This document shows, one piece after another, positions 17,219 to 27,490 of a stretch of 64,000 bases of DNA (the stretch's first letter is position 1; each line of letters starts with the position of its first letter). The position numbers were made by a program, and so were the translations under genes. The stretch spans positions 95,967-159,966 of the forward strand of contig CAZDHE010000001.1 of the NCBI GenBank assembly GCA_964505305.1. Direction: 5' to 3'. The notes under the pieces are model-generated. The model was not told the origin of the DNA. It worked only from the letters and a program-made list of their open reading frames with translations, and did not search any database. This DNA comes from an uncultured Bdellovibrionales bacterium (lineage in GTDB: Bacteria; Patescibacteriota; Minisyncoccia; Moranbacterales; DUUL01).

Positions 17219-20086
17219 ATGGAGCAAGAAAAAATAATTATAAAAGGGGCCGAAGAAAATAATTTAAAAAACGTAAACTTGGAATTGCCCAAAAACAAAA
17301 TTATTGCCATTACAGGTTTATCGGGAAGCGGGAAGAGTTCTTTTGCTTTTGATACCCTGTATTTTGAAGGTTATCGCAGGTATGTGGAAAATCTATCCGG
17401 CAGCGCCAGATTTTTTATGCATTCAGTCAAGAAACCCAAAGTTAAAGAAATCCAAAATTTGTGCCCTACCATTTCAATTAGCCAAAGAAACAACAATCAA
17501 AATCCTCGCTCTACAGTGGGAACTTTAACCGGAATTTATGATTTTTTAAGAGCTCTCTATTTTAGATTTGGAACTTTTTATTGCCCTCATTGCGGCAAAG
17601 AACTCAAGAAAAATACTACGCAGGAGATTTTGGATAAAATTAGTCAACATTCTCAAGGCACCGAGGTGTTAATAGCCTCTCCTGTTACTATTGAGGGTAA
17701 AGGCATTACAGAGGTTTTGAAATCTATTGAAAATGCCGGTTATTCCAAAATAATTCCTGTCTATAAGGATAAGGATAAAAAGACAACGCTCTTGGAACTT
17801 GCTCAAGCAGAGAACTCTCTTGGGGAGAGCGAGCTTAGAGAGCTTTATATTTTAGTAGATAAATTGTATTTGGATAAATCCAGATTAGATAAAGAAAGAA
17901 TTATTGATTCTTTAAAATCAGCCGAAAAATTATCGGAAATTTCTCTCACGCCAAAAAGCCACGTTCGGACTAGTTTATCTGCATCAAAAGATCATGCCGG
18001 AGCAGGAAAAATGGCTTTTATATTTTTTGACCGAAAAGAGAGAGCTTCTTTTAGCCGGTGTTATGTTTGCTCTGGGTGCGGTTATCAAAGAAGAGATTTT
18101 GTCTTCCGGGATTTTTCTTTTAATTCTCCCGAGGGAGCATGTTCTTTGTGCAAAGGAATCGGAGAAGTTGCCAGATTAAACGTGGATAAAGTTATTCCCA
18201 ATCAGAAACTCTCCTTTAAAGAGGGCGCTGTTGAGCCTTGGGTTCGTTTGGGAGGAAGATCGGGCTTCAATAAATTTTCGAAAGGTAAACTGCAAGAGCT
18301 GGCCAATTTCTTGGGTTTTAGCTTAGATGATCCGATTGAAAAATTGACTAAAGAGCAATTCGAGGCTTTCATTTATGGATTTCGAGATGATTCTCGAGGA
18401 ATCTTTTTTGAGGGGGTGGAAAAAGATTTAAACGATCGATATGAAAAGGCGGACTTAACTTCATCTAAAAGGGAATTGGAAAAATATTTTTCTTTTAAAA
18501 TCTGTCCCGATTGCGGAGGGGGTAGACTTAAGCCCGAAGTTTTGAATGCCGAGGTTTGGGGAAAGAAATTTAAAGAAATGACTGAAATGGAAATCGGGAA
18601 TTTATTAGCTTTTTTAAGAGAAAAAACAGGCAGTAATAAAAAAAATAAGCTAAAGGAAAATCAGGCTAAAATTATTGAGGAAATAAATAAAAGACTGGAT
18701 CCCTTGGTGAATGCGGGTGTTGGGTATTTAAGCTTGAACAGGGGTTGCAATAGTCTTTCCGGGGGAGAACTTCAAAGAACCAGGATTGCTTCCCAGCTTT
18801 ATAGCGGTTTAAATGGAGTTTTGTATGTTTTGGATGAACCCACCATCGGACTTCATAGTAGAGACACTCAAAAATTGATAAAAACTTTTCAAAAATTAAA
18901 AAATAACAAAAGTTCTTTGGTGGTGGTAGAGCATGATAAAGAAATAATCGAAAGCGCCGATGAAATTATAGATTTTGGGCCCGGTGCCGGAGAGCAAGGG
19001 GGAGAAGTAATTTTTCAAGGCAATTTCGGGGAACTCAAGAAAGCGGACACTCCAACGGCGGATTTTTTTAACAATAAAATATCTTTTCAATCCAAGAACA
19101 GAAAACCCAAAAAACATCTCGAAATCCAAGGGGCGAGACATAATAACTTGAAAAACATTGATTTGAAGATCCCTCTGGGTTGTTTAGTTTCTTTTGCCGG
19201 AGTATCCGGAAGCGGTAAAAGTTCTTTAGTGGTGGATGTTTTGGCTAAGGCTTTGAGACAAGAGATTCATCAAACAGGAGAAGAGCCGGGAAGTTTTAAT
19301 GAAATCAAAGGTTTGGAAAACATTCAAAAAGCGGTTGCGGTCGATCAATTGTCCATCGGAAGATCTCCACGGTCTAATCCGGCAACCTATACCGGCATTT
19401 TTAGCCATATTCGAGAGTTGTTTGCCCAAACGGAGGCGGCTGAGAAAAAGGGTTTTAATGCCGGCTATTTTTCCTTTAATTTAAAAGGAGGCAGGTGCGA
19501 GCATTGCCAGGGTGAAGGAACAGTTTCCGCGGAGATGCCGCTTTTGGAGGATGTTAGATCTTTGTGTCCTTACTGTAAAGGGACTCGATACAATAAAAAA
19601 ATTCTTGAAATTGAATATCATGGAGTTAATATTGCGAAAGTTTTAGATATGAGTGTTGATTATGCTTATAGGTTTTTTCACTTGAATAAGCTTGTCCAGA
19701 AAAAGTTGAAGGTTTTGAAAGATGTCGGTTTGGGTTATCTTAAATTGGGGCAAAGCGCTAATCGCCTTTCCGGCGGAGAGGCTCAGAGAATAAAGTTGGC
19801 CACCGAATTAATCAGGAAATCAAGAGGAAACTGTTTATACATCCTCGACGAGCCGACCATAGGACTTCATTTTCAAGACATTAAAAAACTTTTAAAAGTT
19901 TTAAATGAATTGGTCGATCAAGGAAATTCAGTTTTTGTCATTGAACACAATACAGAGATGCTCAAGGCTAGCGATTGGATTATAGAAATGGGTCCCGGAG
20001 GAGGTGAAAAAGGAGGGGAGGTTATTTTCGAAGGAACGCCGAAAGAGCTTTCCGCAACAAACACCGAAACAGGCAGGGTTTTGTGA
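17219..20086 (+). CDS. uvrA: Excinuclease ABC subunit A
   Basis: 955 aa with two ABC ATPase modules (GLSGSGKSS; GVSGSGKSS), LSGGE signatures and Zn-finger CxxC pairs. Its full length is conserved. Confidence 0.95.
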   Translation: MEQEKIIIKGAEENNLKNVNLELPKNKIIAITGLSGSGKSSFAFDTLYFEGYRRYVENLSGSARFFMHSVKKPKVKEIQNLCPTISISQRNNNQNPRSTVGTLTGIYDFLRALYFRFGTFYCPHCGKELKKNTTQEILDKISQHSQGTEVLIASPVTIEGKGITEVLKSIENAGYSKIIPVYKDKDKKTTLLELAQAENSLGESELRELYILVDKLYLDKSRLDKERIIDSLKSAEKLSEISLTPKSHVRTSLSASKDHAGAGKMAFIFFDRKERASFSRCYVCSGCGYQRRDFVFRDFSFNSPEGACSLCKGIGEVARLNVDKVIPNQKLSFKEGAVEPWVRLGGRSGFNKFSKGKLQELANFLGFSLDDPIEKLTKEQFEAFIYGFRDDSRGIFFEGVEKDLNDRYEKADLTSSKRELEKYFSFKICPDCGGGRLKPEVLNAEVWGKKFKEMTEMEIGNLLAFLREKTGSNKKNKLKENQAKIIEEINKRLDPLVNAGVGYLSLNRGCNSLSGGELQRTRIASQLYSGLNGVLYVLDEPTIGLHSRDTQKLIKTFQKLKNNKSSLVVVEHDKEIIESADEIIDFGPGAGEQGGEVIFQGNFGELKKADTPTADFFNNKISFQSKNRKPKKHLEIQGARHNNLKNIDLKIPLGCLVSFAGVSGSGKSSLVVDVLAKALRQEIHQTGEEPGSFNEIKGLENIQKAVAVDQLSIGRSPRSNPATYTGIFSHIRELFAQTEAAEKKGFNAGYFSFNLKGGRCEHCQGEGTVSAEMPLLEDVRSLCPYCKGTRYNKKILEIEYHGVNIAKVLDMSVDYAYRFFHLNKLVQKKLKVLKDVGLGYLKLGQSANRLSGGEAQRIKLATELIRKSRGNCLYILDEPTIGLHFQDIKKLLKVLNELVDQGNSVFVIEHNTEMLKASDWIIEMGPGGGEKGGEVIFEGTPKELSATNTETGRVL

Positions 20087-20159
20087 GCTTGCGGAAGAAA
20101 TGAAAAATTTTAGTTTTCGCGAGCTTAATAGCTTAAAAAGTTTAAAATAATTTTAGAAA

Positions 20160-21083
20160 ATGAAAGACGAAATCATTAAAGAGGTTTATTTTACTATAAT
20201 TTATTTCAATGTTCTTAAGCGGCCGCCTTCCACTTTTGAAGTTTGGCGCTTTTTTATGGATTTTTCCAAAAGAAAAACCGCATGTTCTTACGAGGAGGCG
20301 GTAAAAGTTTTGGAGAAACTTCAAGAACAGCGAAAAATTTTAAACAAAAACGGATTTTGGGTTTTACCGGAAAAGCAAGATTTATCCAAAGAAAGGATTT
20401 TGCGTCAAAAAATTTCTGTTTCAAAGATAAAAAGGGCGGCTTTCTGGATTAAATTAATGAATTTAATTCCTTATTGCAAAGGAGTTTTTTCTTCCGGAGC
20501 TTTGACTTTGGGCAATTGTGGGAAAAACAGTGATTGGGATATTTTAGTGGTAATTAAGAAAAATAGAATTTGGATTGGCAGGTTTTTCGTGACTGTTTTT
20601 TTGGCTTTTTTGGGCAAAAGAAGGAGCTCTAAAAAGATTGCGGATAGATTCTGCTTGAATCATTTTATAACAGAGAATAACCTTGTTTTTGCCGATAGAA
20701 GTGAATTTGCCGCTTTGGACAAAAGTTTTATGACTTCTTTTCTTGGAAAAGAGTATTTTCATAAAATGCAACAATTAAATTTTGCCTGGTCAAGACTTTC
20801 AATGCCCAACTTTTCTCAAGATGCTTTCGGGTATGATTATTTTAATTGCAGAAACACCTTCTTAATACTAATCAGAGAACAATTAGAAAGGATATTGGAA
20901 TTCTTGAGGCTTGGAGGATTATTGAATAATTTTTGCAGAAAAGTAATGATAAAGAAGATTGAAAAAAATCCCGAAACCCACAGAGAGGGAGCTTTTATAG
21001 TTTACAATGAGGGGGAGCTGGCTTTTTGGCCCAAGCCCAAAAAAAATGAATTATTGCTTAAGATACAAAACCAATTTTTTTAA
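20160..21083 (+). CDS. Pol-beta superfamily nucleotidyltransferase-domain protein (function unknown)
   Basis: The minimal NTase signature G[GS]-x11-D-x-D is present in SSGALTLGNCGKNSDWDILVV. There are no other recognisable domains. Confidence 0.45.
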   Translation: MKDEIIKEVYFTIIYFNVLKRPPSTFEVWRFFMDFSKRKTACSYEEAVKVLEKLQEQRKILNKNGFWVLPEKQDLSKERILRQKISVSKIKRAAFWIKLMNLIPYCKGVFSSGALTLGNCGKNSDWDILVVIKKNRIWIGRFFVTVFLAFLGKRRSSKKIADRFCLNHFITENNLVFADRSEFAALDKSFMTSFLGKEYFHKMQQLNFAWSRLSMPNFSQDAFGYDYFNCRNTFLILIREQLERILEFLRLGGLLNNFCRKVMIKKIEKNPETHREGAFIVYNEGELAFWPKPKKNELLLKIQNQFF

Positions 21084-21607
21084 AGGGATTGAGATTGTCA
21101 GGTGATTTATTGATTTTTTCAGAGTTTTTGGTTAACTTAATTGACATTTTTGTTTAAATTTGTTTAAATTCAGCAAAGGCATGAATGCCGGTTGTTTGCA
21201 TTTGGATTTTTGTTTCTGTGATTTTTTAAGACAGAATCCGCTGATCTCGTATAGCCGGGACAAGGATATAAAAATTTATATTCTTTAAGCGGTGCGAAGA
21301 TCAAAAATTTCCGGGTAAGGATTATTTCACTTTTTTTGCGGGATTAGAGGTTTAGAAGCCTGACCCCTTAAATTCTCGAAAGCCAGACTTCTAATTGTTT
21401 TGAGGTGGAAACGGATTTGAAAAATACGTTCTTGTTAAGCCGGCCACAGTAGTAAATGATTTTAGTGTTGGTCGATAAGCGGAGAAATAAGTTTCGGATT
21501 CTTTTACTAATTTGACAGGAAAAGGATCTTTAAAATTTTTAAACAATAAATTTATTAGAAGCTATTTTTTTCAAGTCAATCTCAGTTAATTATTATTTGC
21601 TGAATTG

Positions 21608-21679
21608 GCCCCATCGTCTAGTGGTTAGGACGCCAGGTTCTCATCCTGGTAACAGGGGTTCGACTCCCCTTGGGGTCAC
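21608..21679 (+). tRNA. tRNA-Glu (anticodon CTC)
   Basis: A 72-nt cloverleaf was folded by hand. The acceptor is GGCCCCA/TGGGGTC (one G-U pair). The D-stem is GTCT/GGAC. The anticodon stem is CCAGG/CCTGG with loop TTCTCAT. The T-arm is AGGGG-TTCGACT-CCCCT and the discriminator is A. CCA is not encoded. Confidence 0.85.
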
Positions 21680-21787
21680 ATCCGTTTAATTTTGTAATCA
21701 TCTAATCGCTCAAACAATTTTAAAACTTGTCTTGATTAAATATTAAGATGATTACGCAAATGCTTGCTTAAATGTTTAAATTAAAAT

Positions 21788-22879
21788 ATGGACGCTAAAG
21801 ATTATCTAAAAGAATATAAAAACAAATTAGATCCTTTTTTGAAAGAGTATTTCAATAACAAAAAAGCAGAGGCTAAAAAGATAGATCCTTTAGCTGAGCA
21901 GGCGGTTAAAATGATTGCCAAGTTTACTATGGCGAGTGGGAAAAGAATTCGGCCGACTGTTATGTATTACGCTTTCTTGGCTGACAAGAAAGAAGAAGAA
22001 ATTTCTTTTGAAAAAAGCCGGGCCATTATGGAAGCTTCAATGTCGGTAGAGCTTACCCATACTTTCTTGCTAATCCATGACGACATTATCGATAGAGACT
22101 CGAAAAGACATGGGACAAAAACCATTCATGAAGAGTATAAAAGTTTAGCGGAAAAATTTTTCCCCGGGACTGATAAACATCATTTTGGGAATTCCATGGC
22201 AATGATTGTGGGTGATATAGCAGCTTCCATGGCCAATGAAATACTTTTTGAATCCCGTTTTGAGGCAAATAATATTTTGCGAAGTTTGACTCAGCTTCAA
22301 AAAATTGTTTATAAAACTATTCCGGGGGAAATGCTGGATATTGTTATGGAGGCCAAGGGAAAAACCACTGAAGAAGAAATCCTTAGAATGCATGAAGGAA
22401 AAACAGCTAATTACACCTTCGAAGGCCCTATGCATCTGGGAGCCGCTTTGGCCGGTAATCTTTCGGAAAATTTTTTAAATAAATCTTCCCAGTATTCCAA
22501 GGCGGTTGGTAAAGCTTTCCAGATAAGAGATGACATCCTGGGGGTTTTTGGAGACGAAAAAAAACTTGGCAAACCGGTGGGGTCTGATATAATAGAAGGG
22601 AAACAAACACTTCTTTACATTAAAGCTATGGAGAAGGCGAATCAGGAGCAAAGAAAGCAGCTTTCAGCTTTGTTGGGAAAAAAGAACCTAAATAAAAAAG
22701 AGCTGAAAATTTTTCAAGACATTGTCAAGGACACGGGTTCCTTAAAGTATTCAGAAGAGCTGGCCGGCAAACTTTCCCGGGAAGCTGTCGAGTCTCTTAA
22801 AAGCGCCGGCATAAAGAACCAAAAATCTTATGATTTTCTAAAAAAAATAGCCGAGTATATCTCTAAAAGAGAGAATTAA
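21788..22879 (+). CDS. trans-Polyprenyl diphosphate synthase (FPP/GGPP synthase family)
   Basis: The first DDxxD motif is LIHDDIIDRD, the second is FQIRDDILG, and a KT motif is present. Confidence 0.85.
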   Translation: MDAKDYLKEYKNKLDPFLKEYFNNKKAEAKKIDPLAEQAVKMIAKFTMASGKRIRPTVMYYAFLADKKEEEISFEKSRAIMEASMSVELTHTFLLIHDDIIDRDSKRHGTKTIHEEYKSLAEKFFPGTDKHHFGNSMAMIVGDIAASMANEILFESRFEANNILRSLTQLQKIVYKTIPGEMLDIVMEAKGKTTEEEILRMHEGKTANYTFEGPMHLGAALAGNLSENFLNKSSQYSKAVGKAFQIRDDILGVFGDEKKLGKPVGSDIIEGKQTLLYIKAMEKANQEQRKQLSALLGKKNLNKKELKIFQDIVKDTGSLKYSEELAGKLSREAVESLKSAGIKNQKSYDFLKKIAEYISKREN

Positions 22880-22992
22880 GGTCTCAAAATATTGCCAAAA
22901 TATTTATTAATATTTATTATGTTTTCTGGGAAGAGAAGAGCTTAATAGACTGCAAAGCATCCTTTTTGGCTTATTAATCAATAATTTTAACA

Positions 22993-23721
22993 ATGAATTC
23001 CATTGAGAACACGATTCCATATCACGTGGCTGTTATCCCCGACGGCAATAGAAGGTGGGCTAAGCAGAGAGGAGAAAAGCCATGGAAAGGTCATAAAGCC
23101 GGAGCTGAAATAATAGAGGAGCTAAGCAGAGAAGCTTTGAAAATGGGGGTGAAATGCATAACTTTTTGGGGGTCTTCCAAGGATAATCTCCAAAAAAGGC
23201 CAATGGAGGAAAAAAGAGAGCTGCTGAGAATTTACGAGGAATATTTTAAAAAACTTATAAACAGCTCTGATATCTTTGATAACGAAACCAAGATTCAGCT
23301 TATTGGCCGATGGGAGGAGCAGTTTCCAAATAAGCTTAAAAAAATTCTCAAAGAAGGCGCGGAGAAAACCAAGCATCATACTCATAGTTTTCTAAATTTT
23401 CTTTTGGCCTATAGCGGGGATGATGATATTTTGCAGGCGGTGAAAGAAATTAAAAACAAGGCTCGTAATAGCGACCATGATATTGAAGTTACGGAAGATT
23501 TTTTTCAAGAAAATTTGTTAAGCGCTCCTCTGCCCGAGGTTGATTTAATAATAAGAACGGGAACAGAAGGAGATCCTCATAATAGCGCCGGATTTTTAAT
23601 GTGGCAAACTCAAAACTCCCAATTCTACTTTACGGATAAGCTGTTTCCCGATTTTGATTCCCGGGAATTCAAGAAAGCTTTAAACGATTATGCAAACAGG
23701 GAGAGAAGACTGGGAAAATGA
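22993..23721 (+). CDS. uppS: Undecaprenyl/polyprenyl diphosphate synthase (cis-prenyltransferase)
   Basis: The signature HVAVIPDGNRRWAKQRG is present, along with the RTGTEGD...SAGF region (the RTSGE motif equivalent). Confidence 0.9.
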   Translation: MNSIENTIPYHVAVIPDGNRRWAKQRGEKPWKGHKAGAEIIEELSREALKMGVKCITFWGSSKDNLQKRPMEEKRELLRIYEEYFKKLINSSDIFDNETKIQLIGRWEEQFPNKLKKILKEGAEKTKHHTHSFLNFLLAYSGDDDILQAVKEIKNKARNSDHDIEVTEDFFQENLLSAPLPEVDLIIRTGTEGDPHNSAGFLMWQTQNSQFYFTDKLFPDFDSREFKKALNDYANRERRLGK

Positions 23722-23807
23722 ATGGAACAAAGCCCAAATAATTTTTTTGGCAATTTGTTTAACAACGGTTTAACAAAAAAGAAGGTTTTAAAAATTAATA
23801 AGATTTT

Positions 23808-24125
23808 ATGGCCATTGAATTTAAGGATGATAATTTTCAGCAGGAAGTTTTAGAGAGTGATAAACCGGTTTTAGTTGATTTTTGGGCTCCTTGGTGCGGT
23901 CCTTGCCAGATGATGAGTCCCATTATAGATGATGTTTCCGAGCAAGTTTCCGAAAATGCCAAAGTCGGAAAATTAAATGTGGATGAAAATCCTCAGACTG
24001 CTCAAAAATACGGAGTGATGTCTATTCCCACCTTGATTATATTTAAAGATGGAAAAATTTTGAAACAAATGACCGGGGTTCAGTCCAAGGAAACCCTGAC
24101 GGAAGAATTGAAAAATGCGGGATAA
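23808..24125 (+). CDS. trxA: Thioredoxin
   Basis: The WCGPC active site is present in DFWAPWCGPCQMMSP. The length is 105 aa. Confidence 0.9.
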   Translation: MAIEFKDDNFQQEVLESDKPVLVDFWAPWCGPCQMMSPIIDDVSEQVSENAKVGKLNVDENPQTAQKYGVMSIPTLIIFKDGKILKQMTGVQSKETLTEELKNAG

Positions 24126-24227
24126 AACTCTTTTTTATTTGGTCGGGAAACCTCAGTGTTTTTGAGTCTTTCTCAAAGAAGTGGCTTTTTATGTTCGGGT
24201 GGTATAAAATTTAAAAGTTTACAAAAA

Positions 24228-25142
24228 ATGGAAAAAAAGAAAGCAGTTATCTTGGGGGCCGGCCCGGCAGGTTTGTCGGCCTCTATTTATGCGTCTCGTT
24301 TCAATATTGACCATTGCGTCCTCGGAGAAGAGTTTGGCGGATATATGAATGAGAGTTTTAAAATTGAAAACTATCCCGGCTTACCGGGAGTGTCCGGGGC
24401 GGAATTGGCTCAAAAAATGAAAGTCCATGCAGAGTCTTTGGGCGGAGAAATTTTGCAAGATAAAATTGATTTTGTAAAAAAGAAAGAAGATTTTTTTGAG
24501 ATTAAAACCTATAAGCAAACATACGAGACCGAAGCTGTTATTTTATCTACCGGGACGGTTTTTAGAAAGTTAAACATTCCCGGGGAAGCCGATTTATCGG
24601 GAAGAGGAGTCTCTTATTGCGCTACTTGCGATGCTCCTTTTTTTAAAGACAAAAAAGTGGCAGTTGTAGGAGGGGGTAATTCAGCTATTAATGCAGCGCT
24701 TTTGCTTTCCGGTTATGCCAAGGAAGTGGTTGTTTTTTATAGAGCGGAGAAGTTGAGGGCAGTTCCGGCTTATGTGGAGCAAGCAAGTAAAAAAGAAAAC
24801 ATTAAAACCGCTTCGAAGACCAATGTTGTCGAAATTAAAGGAGAACAAAAAGTTGAATCTTTGGTTTTGGATAACCCATATCAAGGAGAGAAAGAGGTTT
24901 CTTTTGATGGAATATTTATAGAAATAGGCTCCTTGCCGGATACGAGTTTTATCAGAGATCTAAAAATTGAAAAGGATGAAGAAGGCTATATAAAAGTTGG
25001 GGCGGATCAATCTACCGAAGAAGAAGGTTTTTTTGCCGCCGGAGATATTACCACCGGTTCTAACGGTTTTAGGCAAATCATAACCGCCGCCGCTGAAGGA
25101 GCAATAGCAGCCTCCGGTGTTTATCGGTATTTACAAAAATAA
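24228..25142 (+). CDS. trxB: Thioredoxin-disulfide reductase
   Basis: The FAD site is VILGAGPAGLSASIYASR, the redox-active motif CATCD and the NADPH site VVGGGNSA. The start was moved from the track's GTG at 24156 to the ATG at 24228 (MEKKKAVILGAGPAG), which matches the canonical TrxB N-terminus. Confidence 0.85.
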   Translation: MEKKKAVILGAGPAGLSASIYASRFNIDHCVLGEEFGGYMNESFKIENYPGLPGVSGAELAQKMKVHAESLGGEILQDKIDFVKKKEDFFEIKTYKQTYETEAVILSTGTVFRKLNIPGEADLSGRGVSYCATCDAPFFKDKKVAVVGGGNSAINAALLLSGYAKEVVVFYRAEKLRAVPAYVEQASKKENIKTASKTNVVEIKGEQKVESLVLDNPYQGEKEVSFDGIFIEIGSLPDTSFIRDLKIEKDEEGYIKVGADQSTEEEGFFAAGDITTGSNGFRQIITAAAEGAIAASGVYRYLQK

Positions 25143-25226
25143 AAATATTTGCAATTATTTAAACATCTGATAAGATGAAGTCAAAGAGGAGGTCTGGGTA
25201 GAATTATAAAAATTAATTAAATTGCA

Positions 25227-25667
25227 ATGAAGGTGGTTTTACTTGAAAATGTTGATAAGCTTGGAAGCGCGGGAGAAGTTAAGAATGTTTCTGACGGTTT
25301 TGCCCGCAATTATTTAATTCCTAAGAGATTGGCTCAGCCTGCAACTCAACAAGCCCTTAAAAAGGTGGAAAAGCAATTGGAAGATCGATTAAAGAAAAAT
25401 GAAGAAGAATTAAAAGAAAACCAAAAAATTGCAGACCAAATTAATAAAAAAGAATTAACAATAATTAGAAAAGCCAAAGAGGGTAAGCTTTTTGGTTCTG
25501 TTTCTGAAGAAGACATTGCCAAGGCTCTTAAAAAAGAAAACGTGAATATTTCCAAAGAAAATGTCTCTCTGGAAAATCCTATAAAAGAAGTGGGTGAATA
25601 TAAAGTTAAGATAAATCTTGAGCACAATATTGAGGCTACTTTAAGAATTTTTGTAAAAGAGGAATAA
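25227..25667 (+). CDS. rplI: 50S ribosomal protein L9
   Basis: MKVVLLENVDKLGSAGEVKNVSDGFARNYLIPKRLA is the canonical L9 N-domain. Confidence 0.9.
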   Translation: MKVVLLENVDKLGSAGEVKNVSDGFARNYLIPKRLAQPATQQALKKVEKQLEDRLKKNEEELKENQKIADQINKKELTIIRKAKEGKLFGSVSEEDIAKALKKENVNISKENVSLENPIKEVGEYKVKINLEHNIEATLRIFVKEE

Positions 25668-25699
25668 TTTTGGTGACGGGTTTCATTTTGACATAAGCA

Positions 25700-25737
25700 G
25701 AAACCGCTAGGGGGAGGCGGTTTTTTAGCGGTTTTTT
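25700..25737 (+). terminator. Rho-independent terminator after rplI
   Basis: A GC stem ccgc/gcgg with loop tagggggag is followed by ttttttagcggtttttt. Confidence 0.5.
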
Positions 25738-25846
25738 ACTCGACAAGAACTCTTAATTTTTCAGGAAATAACCTTTAAAGCCGGTTTTTTGGTTCGGAAT
25801 GGTTTGCCTACGCCGTAATTTTTGTTGTAAATATTAAATTAAAATA

Positions 25847-27490
25847 ATGGCTAAAAAAAGAATCCCCAAGTATGTTTTTGTTTTTGGCGGAGTAATGTCC
25901 GGGATAGGCAAAGGAGTTGCCACCTCCTCTATTGCTAAAATAATCCAGTCCCAGGGCTTTGAGGTTTCCGCTATCAAGATAGATCCTTATGTTAATGTAG
26001 ATGCCGGAACAATGAACCCCACTGAGCACGGAGAGGTTTTTGTTTTGTCAAGTGGATTGGAAACTGATCAGGATATGGGAAATTACGAGAGATTTCTAGG
26101 AATAACCTTGCCGCCTGAGAACTATATGACTACCGGGAGTGTTTATTGGAAAGTAATTCAAAAAGAAAGAAATTTAGAATATAAAGGCAAGTGCGTTCAA
26201 ATCATTCCTCATATTACCGATGAAATCATTTCCACGGTAAAAAAAGCATCCTCCAACAACAAAGCGGATTTTATTATAACCGAAGTGGGAGGGACTACCG
26301 GGGATTATGAAAACGATTTATTTACTGAAGCGGCTCGCCAGATGAAGCTTAAATATCCGAAGGATGTTTTGTTTGTAATGATAAGCTATGTTCCTTATCC
26401 CGACAAAATAGGGGAAATGAAAACCAAGCCCACCCAGCAGGCGGCAAGAGCTTTGAACGAAGCCGGGGTGCAGCCGGATATTATAATTGCCAGAAGCGAA
26501 AAACCAATAGACAAGAAAAGAAAAGAAAAGATAGCCCTTTTCTGCAATATTAAAGAAGAAGCCGTTATTTCCGCTCCTGATGCAGATTCTATTTATGAAG
26601 TTCCTCTAAATTTTGAAAAGGACGGCTTAAGCCGGGTTATTTTAAACAAACTGGGATTAAAATCCAAAGAAAAGGATTTAAAAGACTGGAAGAAACTTGT
26701 GAACAATATTAAGACCGCTAAGAAAGAATTAAAAATAGGAATAGTGGGAAAATATTTCGGCACCGGGGATTGTGTTTTATCCGATTCTTACATTTCCGTT
26801 ATAGAGGCGGTTAAGCATGCTTGTTATAAAATCAAAAAGAAACCCTCCATAGATTGGATTAACGCCGAAGAGATGGAAAATAATCCTGAAAAAATTTCAG
26901 AGCTTGATCAATATGATGGGATCATTGTTCCGGGGGGATTCGGAAGCAGGGGAGTGGAGGGAAAAATAAATTGTATTAAATATGCCAGGGAAAATAAAAT
27001 TCCATATTTAGGGCTTTGTTACGGAATGCAGTTGATGGTGGTGGAATTTGCCAGAAACGTAGCGGGGATTAAAAATGCTCATACCGGAGAAATTGATCCC
27101 GAGGGAGAAGACTTAGTAATAGACATTATGCCGGATCAAAAAGACAATATACAAGAAAAAAAGTATGGCGGCACTATGAGGCTGGGGGAGTATCCGTGTG
27201 AAGTTCTTAAAAACACCTTAGCTTTTCAATCTTATCAAAAGGGTCTCATAAAAGAACGCCATCGCCATAGATATGAGGTAAATCCGGAATATATCTCCAA
27301 ATTAGAAAAAGCCGGAATCGTTTTTTCCGGGAAGTCTCCGGATAATGTTTTGATGGAGATCGCTGAAATTCCTCAGAAAAAACACCCTTTTATGGTGGGA
27401 AGTCAATTTCATCCGGAATTCACATCCACTCCCTTAAATCCCAATCCTTTATTTTTATCTTTCATTAAAGCGGCTGCTGCCAATAATTAA
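25847..27490 (+). CDS. pyrG: CTP synthase
   Basis: The N-terminal synthetase domain is YVFVFGGVMSGIGKG. The C-terminal glutamine amidotransferase has GLCYGMQ (catalytic Cys) and the HPEF His. The length is 547 aa. Confidence 0.95.
   Translation: MAKKRIPKYVFVFGGVMSGIGKGVATSSIAKIIQSQGFEVSAIKIDPYVNVDAGTMNPTEHGEVFVLSSGLETDQDMGNYERFLGITLPPENYMTTGSVYWKVIQKERNLEYKGKCVQIIPHITDEIISTVKKASSNNKADFIITEVGGTTGDYENDLFTEAARQMKLKYPKDVLFVMISYVPYPDKIGEMKTKPTQQAARALNEAGVQPDIIIARSEKPIDKKRKEKIALFCNIKEEAVISAPDADSIYEVPLNFEKDGLSRVILNKLGLKSKEKDLKDWKKLVNNIKTAKKELKIGIVGKYFGTGDCVLSDSYISVIEAVKHACYKIKKKPSIDWINAEEMENNPEKISELDQYDGIIVPGGFGSRGVEGKINCIKYARENKIPYLGLCYGMQLMVVEFARNVAGIKNAHTGEIDPEGEDLVIDIMPDQKDNIQEKKYGGTMRLGEYPCEVLKNTLAFQSYQKGLIKERHRHRYEVNPEYISKLEKAGIVFSGKSPDNVLMEIAEIPQKKHPFMVGSQFHPEFTSTPLNPNPLFLSFIKAAAANN

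Noticed and set aside
21084-21607. RNase P RNA
   Set aside because: There is only an 8-nt resemblance to the P4 3' strand (CCGGCUUA). The universally conserved GGAAAGUCCGG element is absent, so this is reported only as a generic ncRNA candidate.
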